Source: Octopus vulgaris (taxonomy: Eukaryota). From it: a stretch of DNA of 64,000 nt. The DNA is taken from the NCBI GenBank assembly GCA_951406725.2, contig OX597815.1, positions 11,966,001 to 12,030,000 on the forward strand, written 5' to 3'. The notes below the pieces were generated by a model, which did not search any database, was not told where the DNA came from, and saw only the letters and a program-made list of their open reading frames with translations. Of the stretch, positions 1 through 13,939 are shown one piece after another. The first letter of the stretch is position 1. Every line of letters starts with the position of its first letter. Both the position numbers and the translations under genes were made by a program.

Positions 1-132
1 ATTGTTCAGCAGCTGACCTGGCTACAAGCACAAAGCTGGAACTACCACCACATAAGGCCACCTCCAACAGATGCAGGATGGCCACCACAGACACCAACAC
101 CAACACACACACCACAAAAATATTTCTACTGA
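1..132 (+). CDS. Putative C-terminus of LINE ORF1 (IVQQLTWLQAQSWNYHHIRPPPTDAGWPPQTPTPTHTPQKYFY*), overlapping the ORF2 start
   Basis: Frame 1 is open from base 1 to TGA at 130-132. It is Pro/Thr-rich and overlaps the ORF2 ATG at 78. Confidence 0.5.
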   Translation: MVQQLTWLQAQSWNYHHIRPPPTDAGWPPQTPTPTHTPQKYFY

Positions 133-3088
133 ATGTAGGAGGGCTGCTGCGCGGAAACTGTAAAAAGAAAATTTCATTCCTGAGAGACCTTGTGACATGC
201 AATCAAGCTATATGCATGGCACTCACAGAAACGCATCTTGAACCCGATATAGGTGATGCAGAAATACACATGCCGCAATATGCAGTCATACGCACAGATA
301 GAAAAGGGAGGAGCCATGGTGGAGTTGCAATGTACATCCGAGATGACCTCACGCCCCAGGTCCTGCTGTCATATTCAAACTCAGTGTGTGAAACTCAAAT
401 TGTACACATAAGACAACTGAATATCGTCATATGCACTACATATCGCCCACCAGATGCCCCAAAACACTCAGGCATGTTTGAAGACTGCCTAACAAAAATA
501 GGAGAAGTCCTCACCAACCTTGAACAGCACAACAGTGTATTCTTCATGGGTGACTTTAACCTCCCCAATGTGGAATGGCCTGGGGGGCAGATGCTCCTAG
601 GGATGACACACCATCAGCAGGCACAGGTAGAGTCCCTGATCCATCTCACAAATGCCTCTTTCATGGAGCAAATAGTTCTGCAACCAACAAGGGCAGATAA
701 TATACTGGATCTCTGCTTCACAAACAATATGGATATTATCCATAATGTTAATGTGATGCCGACAATGATCTCGGATCACAACATAATAGAGCTGTCTATG
801 TATGGAACAAAAGCCCCCGCAGACACACAGCCTATACGAAGCACCCACCATCTCTCCAACTTAAACTTTCATAAAGCCAACTGGAAGTCGATTGAGAAAG
901 AGATCCTCAAACAGGATTGGCCTGAATGTCTCTCCACACCGGACATAAACATGAAACACAAACACTTCATGTCCATAATACAAGCCATATGTGACAAATA
1001 TGTCCCAATGTGCAGGGCCAGCACGCACAAGAACAAAAACAGGATCCCTAGAGAAAGGAGGATTCTTATGAGACGATGGACAAGGATTGCAAACCGCCTG
1101 AGCAAGCACACCAAAAGTGGTGAGAAGTCTCGGCTCGAAAGAATGCTAATGGAAACTGAGTAAAGTCTACATCAGTCCCATGAAAAGGAGAGAGCAGATA
1201 AAGAAGCTTGGGTAATAGAAAATATAAAATCAAACCCTAAAGCTTTCTTTAAGTTTGCCAAAGAGACAGCCACAGTGCACCAGAGAATAGGACCTCTCTT
1301 CCAAAAAGATGGCTCTCTTACAGGAAATCCCACGAGGATAAGCGAAATACTGAACGAACAGTTCCAAAGTGTGTTCACTACACCTCTAGGACACAGGCAA
1401 GTAAACAACCCAGAAGAATTCTTTGCCACTTTACCAGCGGCCAAAGAGACAAAAATTGAGTACATCAACATCGAAGATGATGATATCACACTAGCCATTG
1501 ATGAGATTGACACAAACTCAGCTGCTGGACCTGATGGATTCCCAGCGATCCTTCTCAAATCGTGCAAACGAGCCCTTGCAAAACCGCTACAGCTTCTTTT
1601 TCAGAGCTTTCTTGCAAGTGGTAAGCTCCTAGTCAAACTGAAAGAGGGGGTAATATGCCCTATCCATAAGAGAGGTAGCAGAGCAGATGCTAAAAATTAT
1701 AGGCCTATCTCTCTGACCTCACACATCAGCAAAGTCATGGAACGAATAGTCCGTAAGAAACTAATCATGTTCCTTGAAGAAAATGACTTACTGTCTGACA
1801 CCCAGCATGGATTTCTACCAGGTAGAGGCTGCCTAACACAGCTCCTGCAACACTATGACTGGGTGTTGAAACAGCTACTAAATGGCTCAAATGTGGATGT
1901 AATATATCTCGACTTTGCAAAAGCCTTTGATAAAGTCGACCATGGTATGATCTGTCACAAACTGCGTGGTCTCGGCATAGGCGGGAAACTTGGAGAGTGG
2001 CTGCACAACTTCCTAAAAGACAGAAAACAGGCAGTTGTGAGCAATGGAGCCACCTCCAGGGAAACGCAAATAACAAGCGGTGTCCCACAGGGCACTGTCT
2101 TGGGGCCACTGATGTTCATAGTGGCCCTTTCAGACATGCCTTCAGTTGCTACGATGACCACCCTTGCTAGCTATGCAGATGACACAAAAGTCTCCCACGC
2201 AATACAAAACCCTGAAAATATTGCGCATCTGCAACATGAGCTGGACACAATATACAGGTGGGCTGAGGACAACAACATGCAGTTTAATGCAGGTAAGTTC
2301 CAGGCCCTGCGCTACTGGCACACAAAGGTAAATGACGTGAAGACTGGATACACTGGCCCAGGAAGAATTGCAATCCCTGAGTCAAAATCAGTGCGTGACC
2401 TGGGCATTGACATGAGCAATAATGCATCTTTCCAAATGCATATTGCTAATCTCGTGATAAAATGCAGACGGCTAGCTGGATGGATTCTCCGAACTTTCAG
2501 AACAAAAGAGAAGGAGACACTGATGGTCCTATGGAAAACATTCGTCCTTAGCCGCTTGGACTACTGCTCCCAACTTTGGTCACCACACAATATAAAACAA
2601 ACAGCAGAACTCGAAGCAACTCAGAGAAGCTACACAAAGAAAATCGTCTCAATGCAAAATGTCAGCTACTGGGAAAGACTGAAGGTATTAAACCTCTTCT
2701 CCCTGGAGCGGAGGCGGGAGAGATATGCAGTGATATACATCTGGAAAATCCTGGAGGGTCTTGTCCCAAACTTTGGCATTCAAAGTTACTCCAACCGCAG
2801 AACGGGCGCCGCTGCGTGGTGCCAAGGATTCCAACATCACCATCAAAATACAGGTCCAGATACTGCAACAGCTTGGGTTTCAGAGGACCACAGCTCTTTA
2901 ACATCCTCCCTAAATGCCTGAGAGACTTACATGGTGTGGATGTGGGTTTCTTTAAAACTAAACTGGATCTCTTCTTGTTGGGAGTCCCAGATGAACCTAC
3001 CTCACGACAGGAGACACGGATGCGGGCAGCAGCATCGAACTCCCTTGTTGATCAAGTGCCACGTATCAGAGGTGGATTCACAAACTAG
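78..3088 (+). pseudogene. LINE ORF2 (endonuclease-reverse transcriptase, about 1000 codons) disabled by one stop and one frameshift
   Basis: ORFs 78-1163 and 1275-2921 are in the same frame, separated only by TAA at 1161-1163; read-through gives SLHQSHEKERADKEAWVIENIKSNPKAFFKF. Near 2805 homology shifts frame into GRRCVVP...FRGPQLFNILPKCLR...FKTKLDLFL, ending at TAG 3088. Confidence 0.92.
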
Positions 3089-3168
3089 TGTAGCTCATTC
3101 AGCGGTGGTGCCCCAGCATGGCCGCGGCCTTCGGGCTAAAACATTTTTAAGGATTTAAGGATTTAAGG

Positions 3169-3203
<35 letters not shown>

Positions 3204-3243
3204 TCACTGTCTGATAGCGTGTTACGTAACATTACTTGATAAC

Positions 3244-3417
3244 TGAAAAAAGCATTATAAATAAACAACAGTTAAAAAACAAATACTTAGAAGACACAGA
3301 GGGTCTCTAAAGTGCCAAACTGGGAATAACCATTCTGGTTGATAACTGATGAAGAATTAGAGAGCCTCTGTGCCTTATCTGTTTTTATCTGTTGTTTATG
3401 TACAATGCATTTTTTCA
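3244..3417. repeat. Diverged inverted repeat (arms 3244-3310 and 3357-3417) between (TA)n and (CA)n
   Basis: Left arm tgaaaaaagcattataaataaacaacag..cacagagggtctctaa matches the reverse complement of the right arm, tgaaaaaatgcattgtacataaacaacag..cacagaggctctctaa. Confidence 0.7.
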
Positions 3418-3443
3418 TAAATCTCTCTCACGATACACACACA

Positions 3444-3565
<122 letters not shown>

Positions 3566-3622
3566 CGTGTATAGGTATAAAATAAATAGATAGAAATATG
3601 TATATACGTATAAAGGTATATA

Positions 3623-3679
<57 letters not shown>

Positions 3680-4122
3680 ATGTGTGTGTGTACTATATAT
3701 ATGCGCATCGCATGCGCGCGCACACACACGGATACGTAAATAGGTGTGTTTTTGTGGGTGCTTGATGATGATCCGGAGGCTCATCGTTGAGATGCGAACC
3801 ACATAACCATTTGGCCAAAAAATGTATCTTTGCAAACAAACGTGTTAACATGTGACATTATTGTCCGAGGTTACCGTACTCTGTTCCATAGGCTTTTCTT
3901 TCCACGAATAGACCTTATCTGCTTCCCCTTTACACTTTGTATCATGACATTTCTGTGATACACGATCCCTATTGATCGTTTTTTCCCTTTTGTGATCCCT
4001 TTTGATCGAAAACCTACCCCACTTTTTTCTCCCCAAAAAGAAAAGCTTTACTTTGTAATCTGTCCAGTATGTGTGCTGCCCAGTGTGGCTAATAAAGAAA
4101 CATATCTCTGTTTCTGTCTACT

Positions 4123-4378
<256 letters not shown>

Positions 4379-4744
4379 ACATTGATAGCTGAGGAGAGAG
4401 AAAGACAGAGAAAAGGATGAACTGATAAAAAGACATCCACGTAATGTATTCGCACTCCAATGTTTTCGTCTTTAACTAATTGTTTTTGGGTTTTTTTTTT
4501 TCATATGGCCGGTTTTTCCTTCTGTAAGTCTCCTTTACCTTAATCTCGAGTCGATCTAAGATGATAGAAGGATATCGAGTTTTTTCGAAATTCATTCCAA
4601 ATCCATTTAGCTTAAACTGCCAATCTTCCCAATGCTTTGTCTGCGTTGATTCTTGCCATATGAAGCAACCTGTTTATGCTTCGATATATCGTTTGTCTTT
4701 TATTGCTTTCAATCATCCGACTGATGCCATACGATAAGAATAAC

Positions 4745-4935
4745 ACTAGTCAACACCGCCTTCAAGGGTTTTAGTCGAAACAAATCAACCTCAGTACTCA
4801 TATTTTAAGCCTCGTATTATTCTATTATCATCTTATGCCGAATCACTAGGATACGGGGTCGTAAACAAGCCAATACCGGTTGACAAACTGCGTGAGTATG
4901 TAAGTGGGGGCGGGCAATCAGAAGCACAAACACAC
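4745..4935 (-). mobile_element. Decayed 3' half of a type-1 (OK-like) SINE
   Basis: caccgcctt..ttagtcga..aaatcaacctcagtact..tattctat..gccgaatcactagg..gtaaaca matches the intact copy at 40067-40468. Confidence 0.6.
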
Positions 4936-4985
4936 ATACATAGGTACATACGTATAGACACACCTGCGCGCACACACATACACAA

Positions 4986-5024
<39 letters not shown>

Positions 5025-5054
5025 TATATATATATGGAAAGAAAACTACATACC

Positions 5055-5156
<102 letters not shown>

Positions 5157-7559
5157 GGTATGTATATACGTATTTATATGTGTGTGGAGATGTAGTTTTC
5201 TTTCCATTCGCAAAATATTCATTTTTTTTAAGAAGCAAGTAAGAACATTGAAAATCGGCTATAATAACGTAGCCTTCCAGGTACATTACTTTGAAGGTAT
5301 AATGTTGTAGAGAACAAAATTGGAGAAAAGTTACAGGCGTTAAAATTGAAAAAAAGAAAAATTTTCTGCGTTTAGCGGAGCTGTGTCAACTTTAAGGTTG
5401 TACCCCGTGAAATTTATAGTTTAGCGTCTGACCTGTTCATTGCAGGTTTCTAAATAAACAGAAATACTTAACAAAATCAACATGCATCATGTTACAGTTT
5501 CTTTTGCCTCTTCATTGATTGTATTGTTTTAATTATTTAAAACAATTTGTTATATCAATATATTTGTCTGCATGTGTTTACTTTATGCGTATTTCAGTAT
5601 TATGTATAGCTGTCATGTATTTGTGTTCATCATTAATATATAAGTGCATGTGGGTTTGAAAAGGGGCGTCTGTCTCAAAAACTCCAAAGTCGAGTAACGT
5701 TTTCATGCTTGGATTTGTAAATTACGATAAGAATGACACTGGTCAACAAAGAATTTGTCGCAAAGAAAAGAATACCTGTATCTTATATGTTTTTGCCTGT
5801 AGAATTCAGAAATAATGTCAAATTATCTCTGTTCCACGATATCCCTCTCAGTTCCTATTACGTGGGATAAATTTCAGTTAAGCTGTTGAAATGTGAAGCT
5901 AACGGTTTAAGAAATACTCCTAATTTAATTTTTATGAACAGAATTAACCTAGTGAAATCATAAATCTACCTATCTGAGCCAATGAATCCCCCAAATAAAT
6001 GAGATGAAAAACATGTAAAAAATACTAACGCACAGAAAATGGATAAAAATACTAACACATAAAATGAATGTAAAAATGTAATATACCAACACAGAAAAAT
6101 AAAAACAAAACACGCAGGCAAAAAGAATCGCGTGTTATGAAGAATTAAGTGTGGAAAGTCAACATAGACAATAGTGAACCCAACTTTAATTCTAAATAAC
6201 ATCAGATTATTTCATTTACGAGGTAAAGTAATTAGTTGACCGTAATCAAAATTCAGAGTTGCATCGATACACCAAGATTGAAAGCAATCTGAGAAAAATT
6301 AAGCGGGGTTCATTTTGCGAATGAGAAAGATTAGATCCTGTGGGGCAGGGTAGTATGCATATATTTCTATATATAAATTGCAAGCTCTTTTCTTTTCAAG
6401 TATAGCTGCGTATTTCAGTATCCAAGTTTGTATGTCGATGTAATAATTCTGTGAGTTATGCATAAGAATTGAAAATGCTGGAAAATGTTTTCTGCAGAGT
6501 TATGATATCAAAAGAGTAGACTGGAAAATTGTTGGTATTATTTATTTATGATTACGCATATTTCCCTTGCGAATAGGACTTTTAAAATTGTTATATGTAG
6601 TAGAAAATGTATCTCCTATTACGAATATTTCAGACTGAACACGGAGTCATGTGGCTGGGAAGCAACGTCTAAATACTCAGAGAAAATAGTTATTTTAGAA
6701 TGATATAGGTATACACATAGCGTCACATCATAAAATATATTTCTGTATCAAGTGGGTTAGCAGAAAAAAATGTCATTGAGTATATATACCCATATGAACT
6801 CATTACTTATATAGCAATTCAGTTAATTGAACAACTGGAACACTTTTAACGAAACCGACGGAGACCCATTTACATTTTGCTTTTAAAATATATGTACAAA
6901 ACTAGATACTTACGTCTGAAAATGTATGTCTCCAAGTGTTTTCTTTTGATATATTTATTTGGAGATCTTTTTTTTTTTTTGTATTGACCTTCTCTCTTTT
7001 AAAGTTTCTGTCAAATTCAGATATCTTTGTTTTCAATTTATTTTTTAGTCTATTTCCTTTCATTTCCATTTCTGTGAATGTTCTTTGCATTTTATTACTT
7101 CATTGAATTTTTATACGATATTTTTTTATTTCATCTCTTTTCCTTTTCTTTAAGTTTTCCATTTATGTGTTATTTTTAAGCCTATAAAGTTAGCATTCTT
7201 TCAACAGCATCTTATATAGTAACATATCCCATCATGGTTCAATGTATATATTTATAAATGCAAAATAACTCATAAATAAAAATAAATTATAATGTGTAAA
7301 GATTAAGGTTTTCAAAATGAAAACAACATTAAATTTGTGGATTTGTATAAAAATACCTGTGCATGTTCCTCTCTACCTGGCTTCATTCCCCCTTCACCCC
7401 TCCGTCTGTCTCGTTACACCGACGCGCATATACTCACACATACACAAACACACACATAAACTACAAACACACACACACACTCATGTATGTAGATGAACGC
7501 ATGCGTGAACGCGCATAAGTTATTACATGTTTATATATACACAAACATACATATATTTA

Positions 7560-7910
<351 letters not shown>

Positions 7911-9309
7911 ATTGTATGTACAGATATTTGTGAGGGTGCATTTGTTTGCGCATGTCAGCATGCGCTTGCACATGTACACGTGTGTGTCTGTGTGCATCTG
8001 TGTATGTCTGATTGACTCGTAATATTTTTTTCCTCCTACCATCCTATGCTTCTTTATTTCTCACAATGATCTTCTCTCCATTGCGTTCGAATTTCTTTTC
8101 TTGTTTTCAAATATCTTTACTTCGATCTATTTCCTTTCCAGCCTCCCATTTCTCCGAATTTTACGTTTCACTTTTTTTTTATATTCCATCGCTTCGTTCT
8201 ATTACATTTTTTTTTTCCTAATTCGCTACGTATTCTTCTTCCATTCTTTACATGTTTCATTTTTTTCTCTCTCTTCTTAAAATTTAATTCTCAACTCAGT
8301 TTTTTTCTTCTTTACTTTATTCCTTAAAACCTTTGTAATACTTCACCGTTTTCAAACTTTTATTTTATTCTTTCTCTTTTTTACTATGACACAGGTATTT
8401 TAGTAAGTCTTATTGTTTATATTTTATTTTCTCTTTGTCATTTATTGTATTTAAAGAAAAATATATGGCGATGCTTATAAAAGAAAATGGTAGTGACAAG
8501 GTGAATGCTGTTAGACATTGAAGATATTGTTTCATTATTGTAGATTTTACTTTTGTTGTTATTGTTATTATTATTATTATTATTTATCATCATTGTTATT
8601 GTGATTCTTATATCATTGATGTAGCTGACTTTATTGTTGATGTCGACGACATCGTTATTTATCTTGTGAGAAAGGAATGCAAATATTTTAAGTCTTGTGT
8701 CCGTCTGAAATCCTTAACGAAAACCCCATTTTTTTGCAAACACATACGTTTCTCATCATCGTCAATTCATTACTGTTCTACTTGTTATTGTTATCAAAAT
8801 TAACTTAATACAGTAAAGTAAAGTTATCAATAATCTTACAATTATATATTACTAAACATTCATCAGAATATCTTAATGTTAATATCATAAATTGTATCAT
8901 TGTCTCCCACCGTCAAAATTATGAAATTATATGGTATAAATATGGACTATTGAATAAATCACATTTTTATATTTGTTGTACTGGCATTATGAAGCCCTGC
9001 CTCGATAGGAAAGAATGGAACCTTAGTAGAATTTGAACACAGCACATAGATGAGCAAAAGCATTTCACCCCAAATTACCTAAGATATTTAGGCTACATGT
9101 ACTGGTAACTCCTAGAATCTTGAAGATAAGGATTTTGTGAACGTGAAAAGTTCACTGGCCGCAATATCCGAGCAGCAGATATTCCAAATAATACTTTCAA
9201 TGGCACAATGATAGAATATTTGCATACTCTTCCTATACGTAACGTGATTTGCTGAGTCTGTCACCGTTACTGACAAGTTAGGAAGACTATAAAGAATATG
9301 AAGTTTTAG

Positions 9310-9340
9310 TATTATTATTATTATTTATTATTATTATTAT

Positions 9341-9400
<60 letters not shown>

Positions 9401-9438
9401 CAGCAGCAGCAGTAGTAGCAGTAGTGGTAGTGGTTGTG

Positions 9439-9486
<48 letters not shown>
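9310..9486. repeat. Compound (TTA)n/(TAG)n/(CAG)n trinucleotide microsatellite
   Basis: Seen directly; it is the source of the poly-L and poly-Y ORFs. Confidence 0.95.
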
Positions 9487-10944
9487 TACGCTGTTGCTGT
9501 GGCTTAAAGTGATAACAAAGGCGGGGGAGGAAGGGGAAAAGGATAAGTGGGAGAGGCGAATTAGAGAGTAACAAGTGTAGCACCCAGCGGCATTTATCAG
9601 AAAAAAATAACTAATTTTATTATGTTCGCCATCATAAATTTTAAGGGACAGAGAAAAGAAAATAACAAGAGAAGTATTAAAATTGCAATGTAAAGTAAAT
9701 AACTCCTTATGAGGGTATGTGTGTGTTTGTGTGTATAAAGGGATGTATGTGTGTGTGTGTGTATGTGTTTGTGAATGCATGTGTGTGTGTGAGAGAGAGA
9801 AGGTGTGTGTGTATGCGTGTTTTTCTATTTATCTGTTCATCGTATAGGTGCATTGTGTAGCATGCGTCAGAAGCTGGTTTATTATAATGTCACACGTGAC
9901 ATATAATATTCTTACCTGTTGAAATATATATTTTTGTTCGATTTATAGGAACTCTTGCAATTTAGTAATTTGGCTCCGACGTATTCATATATGAGATGAA
10001 AGTTGCATTTGTTGAGTTCGTCAAAATATATTTCGAATGTAGCCTTTTTCAACAAATGTACTTGTAATCTGAGATATTGCTGACAACAATTTGCAAGAAG
10101 GGCACGATACCGGCACTACGATGGATATTATGACCAATTTTATCAGCATCTTTATATTTACAGAGATTGGTAGAATTATACAAGTTCTATAACACTCGAC
10201 GCAGAGTCAGTAAAAGCTCGAATAGAAAACTATCTAATATAAATGTAAGCAGAATGCATTATGAGCAAAAATAATGCCTTGAACAACAACTCCTTGCAAG
10301 TGTGTATATCGATAACATGAAAGTGTGATCGAGGAGGCCAATAATCAAAGGCAATCACGTTGTACCGATTATTCTTTTTCCAGCCATAATATATATAGCA
10401 CAACATTTTCTAACAGTAGTAGCCTTACAGAGTAGGTTATTATTTATGGGAGATAGAGATACTTTAGCTGAAAGATGAGAAAAGTGTACTACCTTTCAGA
10501 TGAATAAAAAGTATACTGAATGAAAGTAAGTTCTGTTGATTGATCAAAAAAATTTTCTGAAATGGTTTCCTGGGAAAACCTGATCAGTATATCTGTTTAA
10601 ACGCTTCAGTTTATCTTCTTTATAGGCTTAGAGCTACAATACAGTGACGAAAACGACACACCCACAATATATTTGTATATTTATATGTCAGACTTTTGCA
10701 CCGTCTTCGTTTACCAAATTTCAGTCTCAGATCATGGATCAGTCTATGGTAAAAACTGCCGTAGTGAAGTAGCACTGTTGTAAGATTGACAGTGAATGTA
10801 TGATGCTGCTACAAAAATTTAAAATATCACAGATATTCCTGTGAATATATCAGGGTGAGTAAAAAATAAGCAATGTTTTGAACCATGAAGAATTTGTACC
10901 GGATTTTTGCAAAGATTTGATTTTTTAAAAAATGTCACATAATG

Positions 10945-10999
10945 GTGGCGGTGCCCCAGCATGGCCACAGCTCATAAGCTGAAACTGGAATCAATCAAT
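10945..10999 (+). mobile_element. 55-bp retroposed LINE/SINE 3'-end fragment with (TCAA)n tail, inserted in the mariner
   Basis: Sequence gtggcggtgccccagcatggccacagctcataagctgaaac matches the LINE 3' UTR at 3101-3142. TSD cataatg lies at 10938-10944 and 11000-11006. Confidence 0.8.
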
Positions 11000-11546
11000 C
11001 ATAATGCAGATTTTGACTTGCCCAAATGCATCAATGAATTAATACTGATTGCATTTTTAAAAAGTTTCTACCGATGTTGCCATCATCAGAAACGAACCTG
11101 CCAAAGCGCGATAAATAAGCAATTTTCCTGTTCAACTGCAAAAAAGGACGTAAAGCAGCTGAAACTGCTCACGATATCAATGAAACGTTTAGTGATGAAA
11201 CACCCAGTGAGTGGTCAGTCAGTTCGAAAATGATTTAAACGATTTCGCTGTGGAGACCTGAGAGACATGAAGATCGTGAGCGTAGTGGATACCCACCTGC
11301 ATTCGATGACGGTTAATTAAAGGCCGTCATTGAGAAAGTTCCACGTAAACCCACAGGAGAACTCAGAAAAGAACTTCAAGTTTGCCAGAAAACTGCCTGA
11401 AACAATTTGCATGCGATCGGAAATTCAAAAAAATTTAAGAAATGGGTACTACACGTTTTGAATGAAAATCAGAAAATGTGCAGATATGAAATTTGTTCAT
11501 CGTTTCTTCTCTGTAATCAGACCGATACATTTCTCGACCGTATTGT

Positions 11547-11873
11547 CTTAAAGACTCCGCCGGTTACGACGACGAGTGTCCCAGCTGATACGATCAACGG
11601 AACAGCTTGCTCGTGAAATTAACGTGCAAATGGCTGAGCATTCCACAGACACGTGTACCCTTAACGTAGTTCTCGGGGATAATCAGCGTGACACAGAGAG
11701 TGACAAGGCTGACCCTTTGAAATACAAGTACAACTCATTTTTGCCAGCTGAGTGGACTGGAGCAACGTGAAATAAAGTGTCTTGCTCAAGGACACAACGC
11801 GTCGCCGGGAATCGAACTCACAACCTTACGATCATGAGCCGAATGCCCTAACCACTAAGCCACGCGCCCTCAC
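11547..11873 (-). mobile_element. tRNA-head CORE-like SINE (type 2, OR-like) inserted in the mariner transposase
   Basis: Reverse complement shows A box TGGCTTAGTGG, B box GTTCGATTC and core gtgtccttgagcaagacactt. A 12-bp TSD cgaccgtattgt (11535-11546 and 11874-11885) duplicates the DRIV codons. Confidence 0.92.
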
Positions 11874-13385
11874 CGACCGTATTGTAACTTGCGATGAAAA
11901 GTGGACTCTATCGAAAAATGAAAATAAAACGTTCTTTGCAGTGGTTAGACTGATTCCTAATCCCGAGCTCTTAACATATATGGTCACGGTGACTGTTTGG
12001 TGGTGTACCGCTGGACTCATCCATTATAACTTCTTAAACATCCCAAAAAACCATTGCTACAGAAACATATTGCCATGAAATTTCCACAATGTACAAAAAA
12101 AAACTGCTACTCCCTTGTCCCAGATTGGTCAGTCATACTTCATGACAATGCTCGACCACACATTTCACAGATGACGCTCTAGGCATTGAGGGAACTTGAC
12201 TACGTAGTTCTTCCCACCCAGCTTCTTCCCCCAGACCTTTCTCCTACCGATAACCACTTTTTCGAGCACCTTGATGGTTTCCTGTGAGAGTAGGAGTTCA
12301 AAAATCAAACCGATGCTGAAAGTGCGTTCAAAGAATTCATCAGATCCAGATTGATTGTAATGATACTTAATTTGATAAATAAAACTTCCGCATTGTTGAG
12401 ATATATTGTGTTGAATTTCATTTTCAAAACGTTGCTTAATTTTTACTCAGCCTAATATAATGTCTGCATAATTCGACGATGAGGATGATATTCACAAGAG
12501 GAGCCACACACATTCACCAAGACAGATGGGTAGTGAATATATCGGTTAACATTTATTGCGAGTTCAAACAATTGAGAAGTTAGGAGTTTCTTATGAGGAG
12601 TCCCTGTTTTGTTCAAGATCAGCTTTATATTTCTTTTATATTTCTTTCTAAAGCTTCATTTGAAATAGACATTCTATTTGATGTTTTGCAATGCTTCTAT
12701 TTCTTTGTTCAAAGAAACCACCCCAGAACATATTTGAAAGATCAATTCAGATCGCTTCATGTATATACGTAGTCATTGTGTCTTGGTGCTTTTGAGTGAA
12801 ATAACCTAGAACTTTTGTAAACAACACCAAGGTTGTTCATGTCGTCTAACACGAGATCAAACGGTTCTCAGACTGATCATCCCGTTATTTTTTATTCTTG
12901 CATAAATTGTATACGACTAGGTTATTAAAAATACTTCTTTCACACGACATCTTTCAATTTAAGGAATTTGTAGTTGCTATCTCTATTAGGTTTCCAAATA
13001 AGTAATACAGTAGCTTCTACAATGGATTGGCAACTGTGTTGAAGTAGTAAATGTGAGCTAGACTTAGCAAAAACAGCAACAGAAAATTCCAATTATCGAG
13101 ATAAATGATGTTTTACTTTTTTGAAAGAAAAAAATAACATGGAGTTTTAATAGAAAAATATATTTGGTGTATTACACCATTCATTTTACTTAAGTTATGC
13201 TTCTGACTTGCAAATATATATATATATATATATGTTTTGTCTTATATTTTGACGTTCAAATATTCTAGAATTTCCTTTCACTTAACGTATCTTACATTTA
13301 CATATGCGTGGTATGTCAAAGGCAGGTAGACAGACGGGCGTGCATGTGGTTAGATAGATAGACAGACAAATAGATATATATATAT

Positions 13386-13417
<32 letters not shown>

Positions 13418-13589
13418 CAAAAACAGAGAGAGATTGAGAGGAAGAGGGAAAGATGAGATAGAGAGGGTGAGGGGAGCGAAATGGTATTTAGATATTGTTT
13501 ATTATGTATGCACATTTATGAGCATTCATAGATATAAACGTACATGGAATTCACTTGGTGAGTATTCAGTTTGATCTACTGCAAAAATA

Positions 13590-13938
13590 TACAAATCAAT
13601 AATAAAGATAATAAATACGATGGTTGTGGTCATTGAAGATAGTAGTGGAAATATGAAGGTTGTAGTCAATGAAGAGGGTAGACGTGATACCAATAGTAAT
13701 TGGTCCACTTGAAAGTATCAGCACACAACGACCAATATGACTGAAGAAAATCGGTTGCAAGTGTGAAGGTAGAATACCAACAAAAATCAGCATTGCTTGG
13801 AACAGCAAGAATTCTTCGCAGGGTTCTTGAAGCATGACCAGTTAACAAGTGCCATCTTAGTCTGCTGGCTGTGGACAGCTAACACTTTCCATCATACCTA
13901 GCGAGAAATGTTGTGAGTTTTCATATAATAATAATAAT
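13590..13938 (+). mobile_element. 3' fragment of an R4/Dong-like RLE non-LTR retrotransposon with (TAA)n tail
   Basis: Translates MKRVDVIPIVIGPLESIS and QKSALLGTARILRRVLEA*, followed by a short UTR and taataataataatag. Confidence 0.8.
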
Positions 13939-13939
13939 A

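Larger units (their letters stand above)
1..3172 (+). mobile_element. CR1-group LINE, 5' end outside the window, with ORF1 end, APE-RT ORF2, 3' UTR stem-loop and (TTAAGGAT)3 tail
   Basis: APE motifs (LTETHL, YRPP, MGDFNLP, LDLCF, SDHN) and RT motifs (NYRPISLTS, QHGF, YLDFAKAFDKV, GVPQGTVLGP, YADD) are present, plus the CR1-group C-terminal motif YWERL..LNLFSLERRRER. A tandem tail at 3147-3172 abuts (TA)n. Confidence 0.95.
10850..12455 (+). mobile_element. Full-length decayed mariner (Tc1/mariner) DNA transposon with TIRs and TA TSD
   Basis: Left end TA|tcagggtgagtaaaaaataagcaatgttttgaa matches the reverse complement of the right end TA|ttaggctgagtaaaaattaagcaacgttttgaa. Transposase remnants include KWVLHVLNENQK, FLDRIVTCDEKW, MVTVTVWW..GLIHY, LHDNARPH and SPDLSPTDNHFF. 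Confidence 0.93.

Noticed and set aside
597-2904. Antisense and alternative-frame ORFs over the LINE
   Set aside because: They are shadows of ORF2 with no independent motifs.
11800-11873. tRNA-like sequences at SINE heads (also 29510-29584 and 46863-46930)
   Set aside because: They have A and B boxes but continue into SINE bodies, several with TSDs, so they are not tRNA genes.
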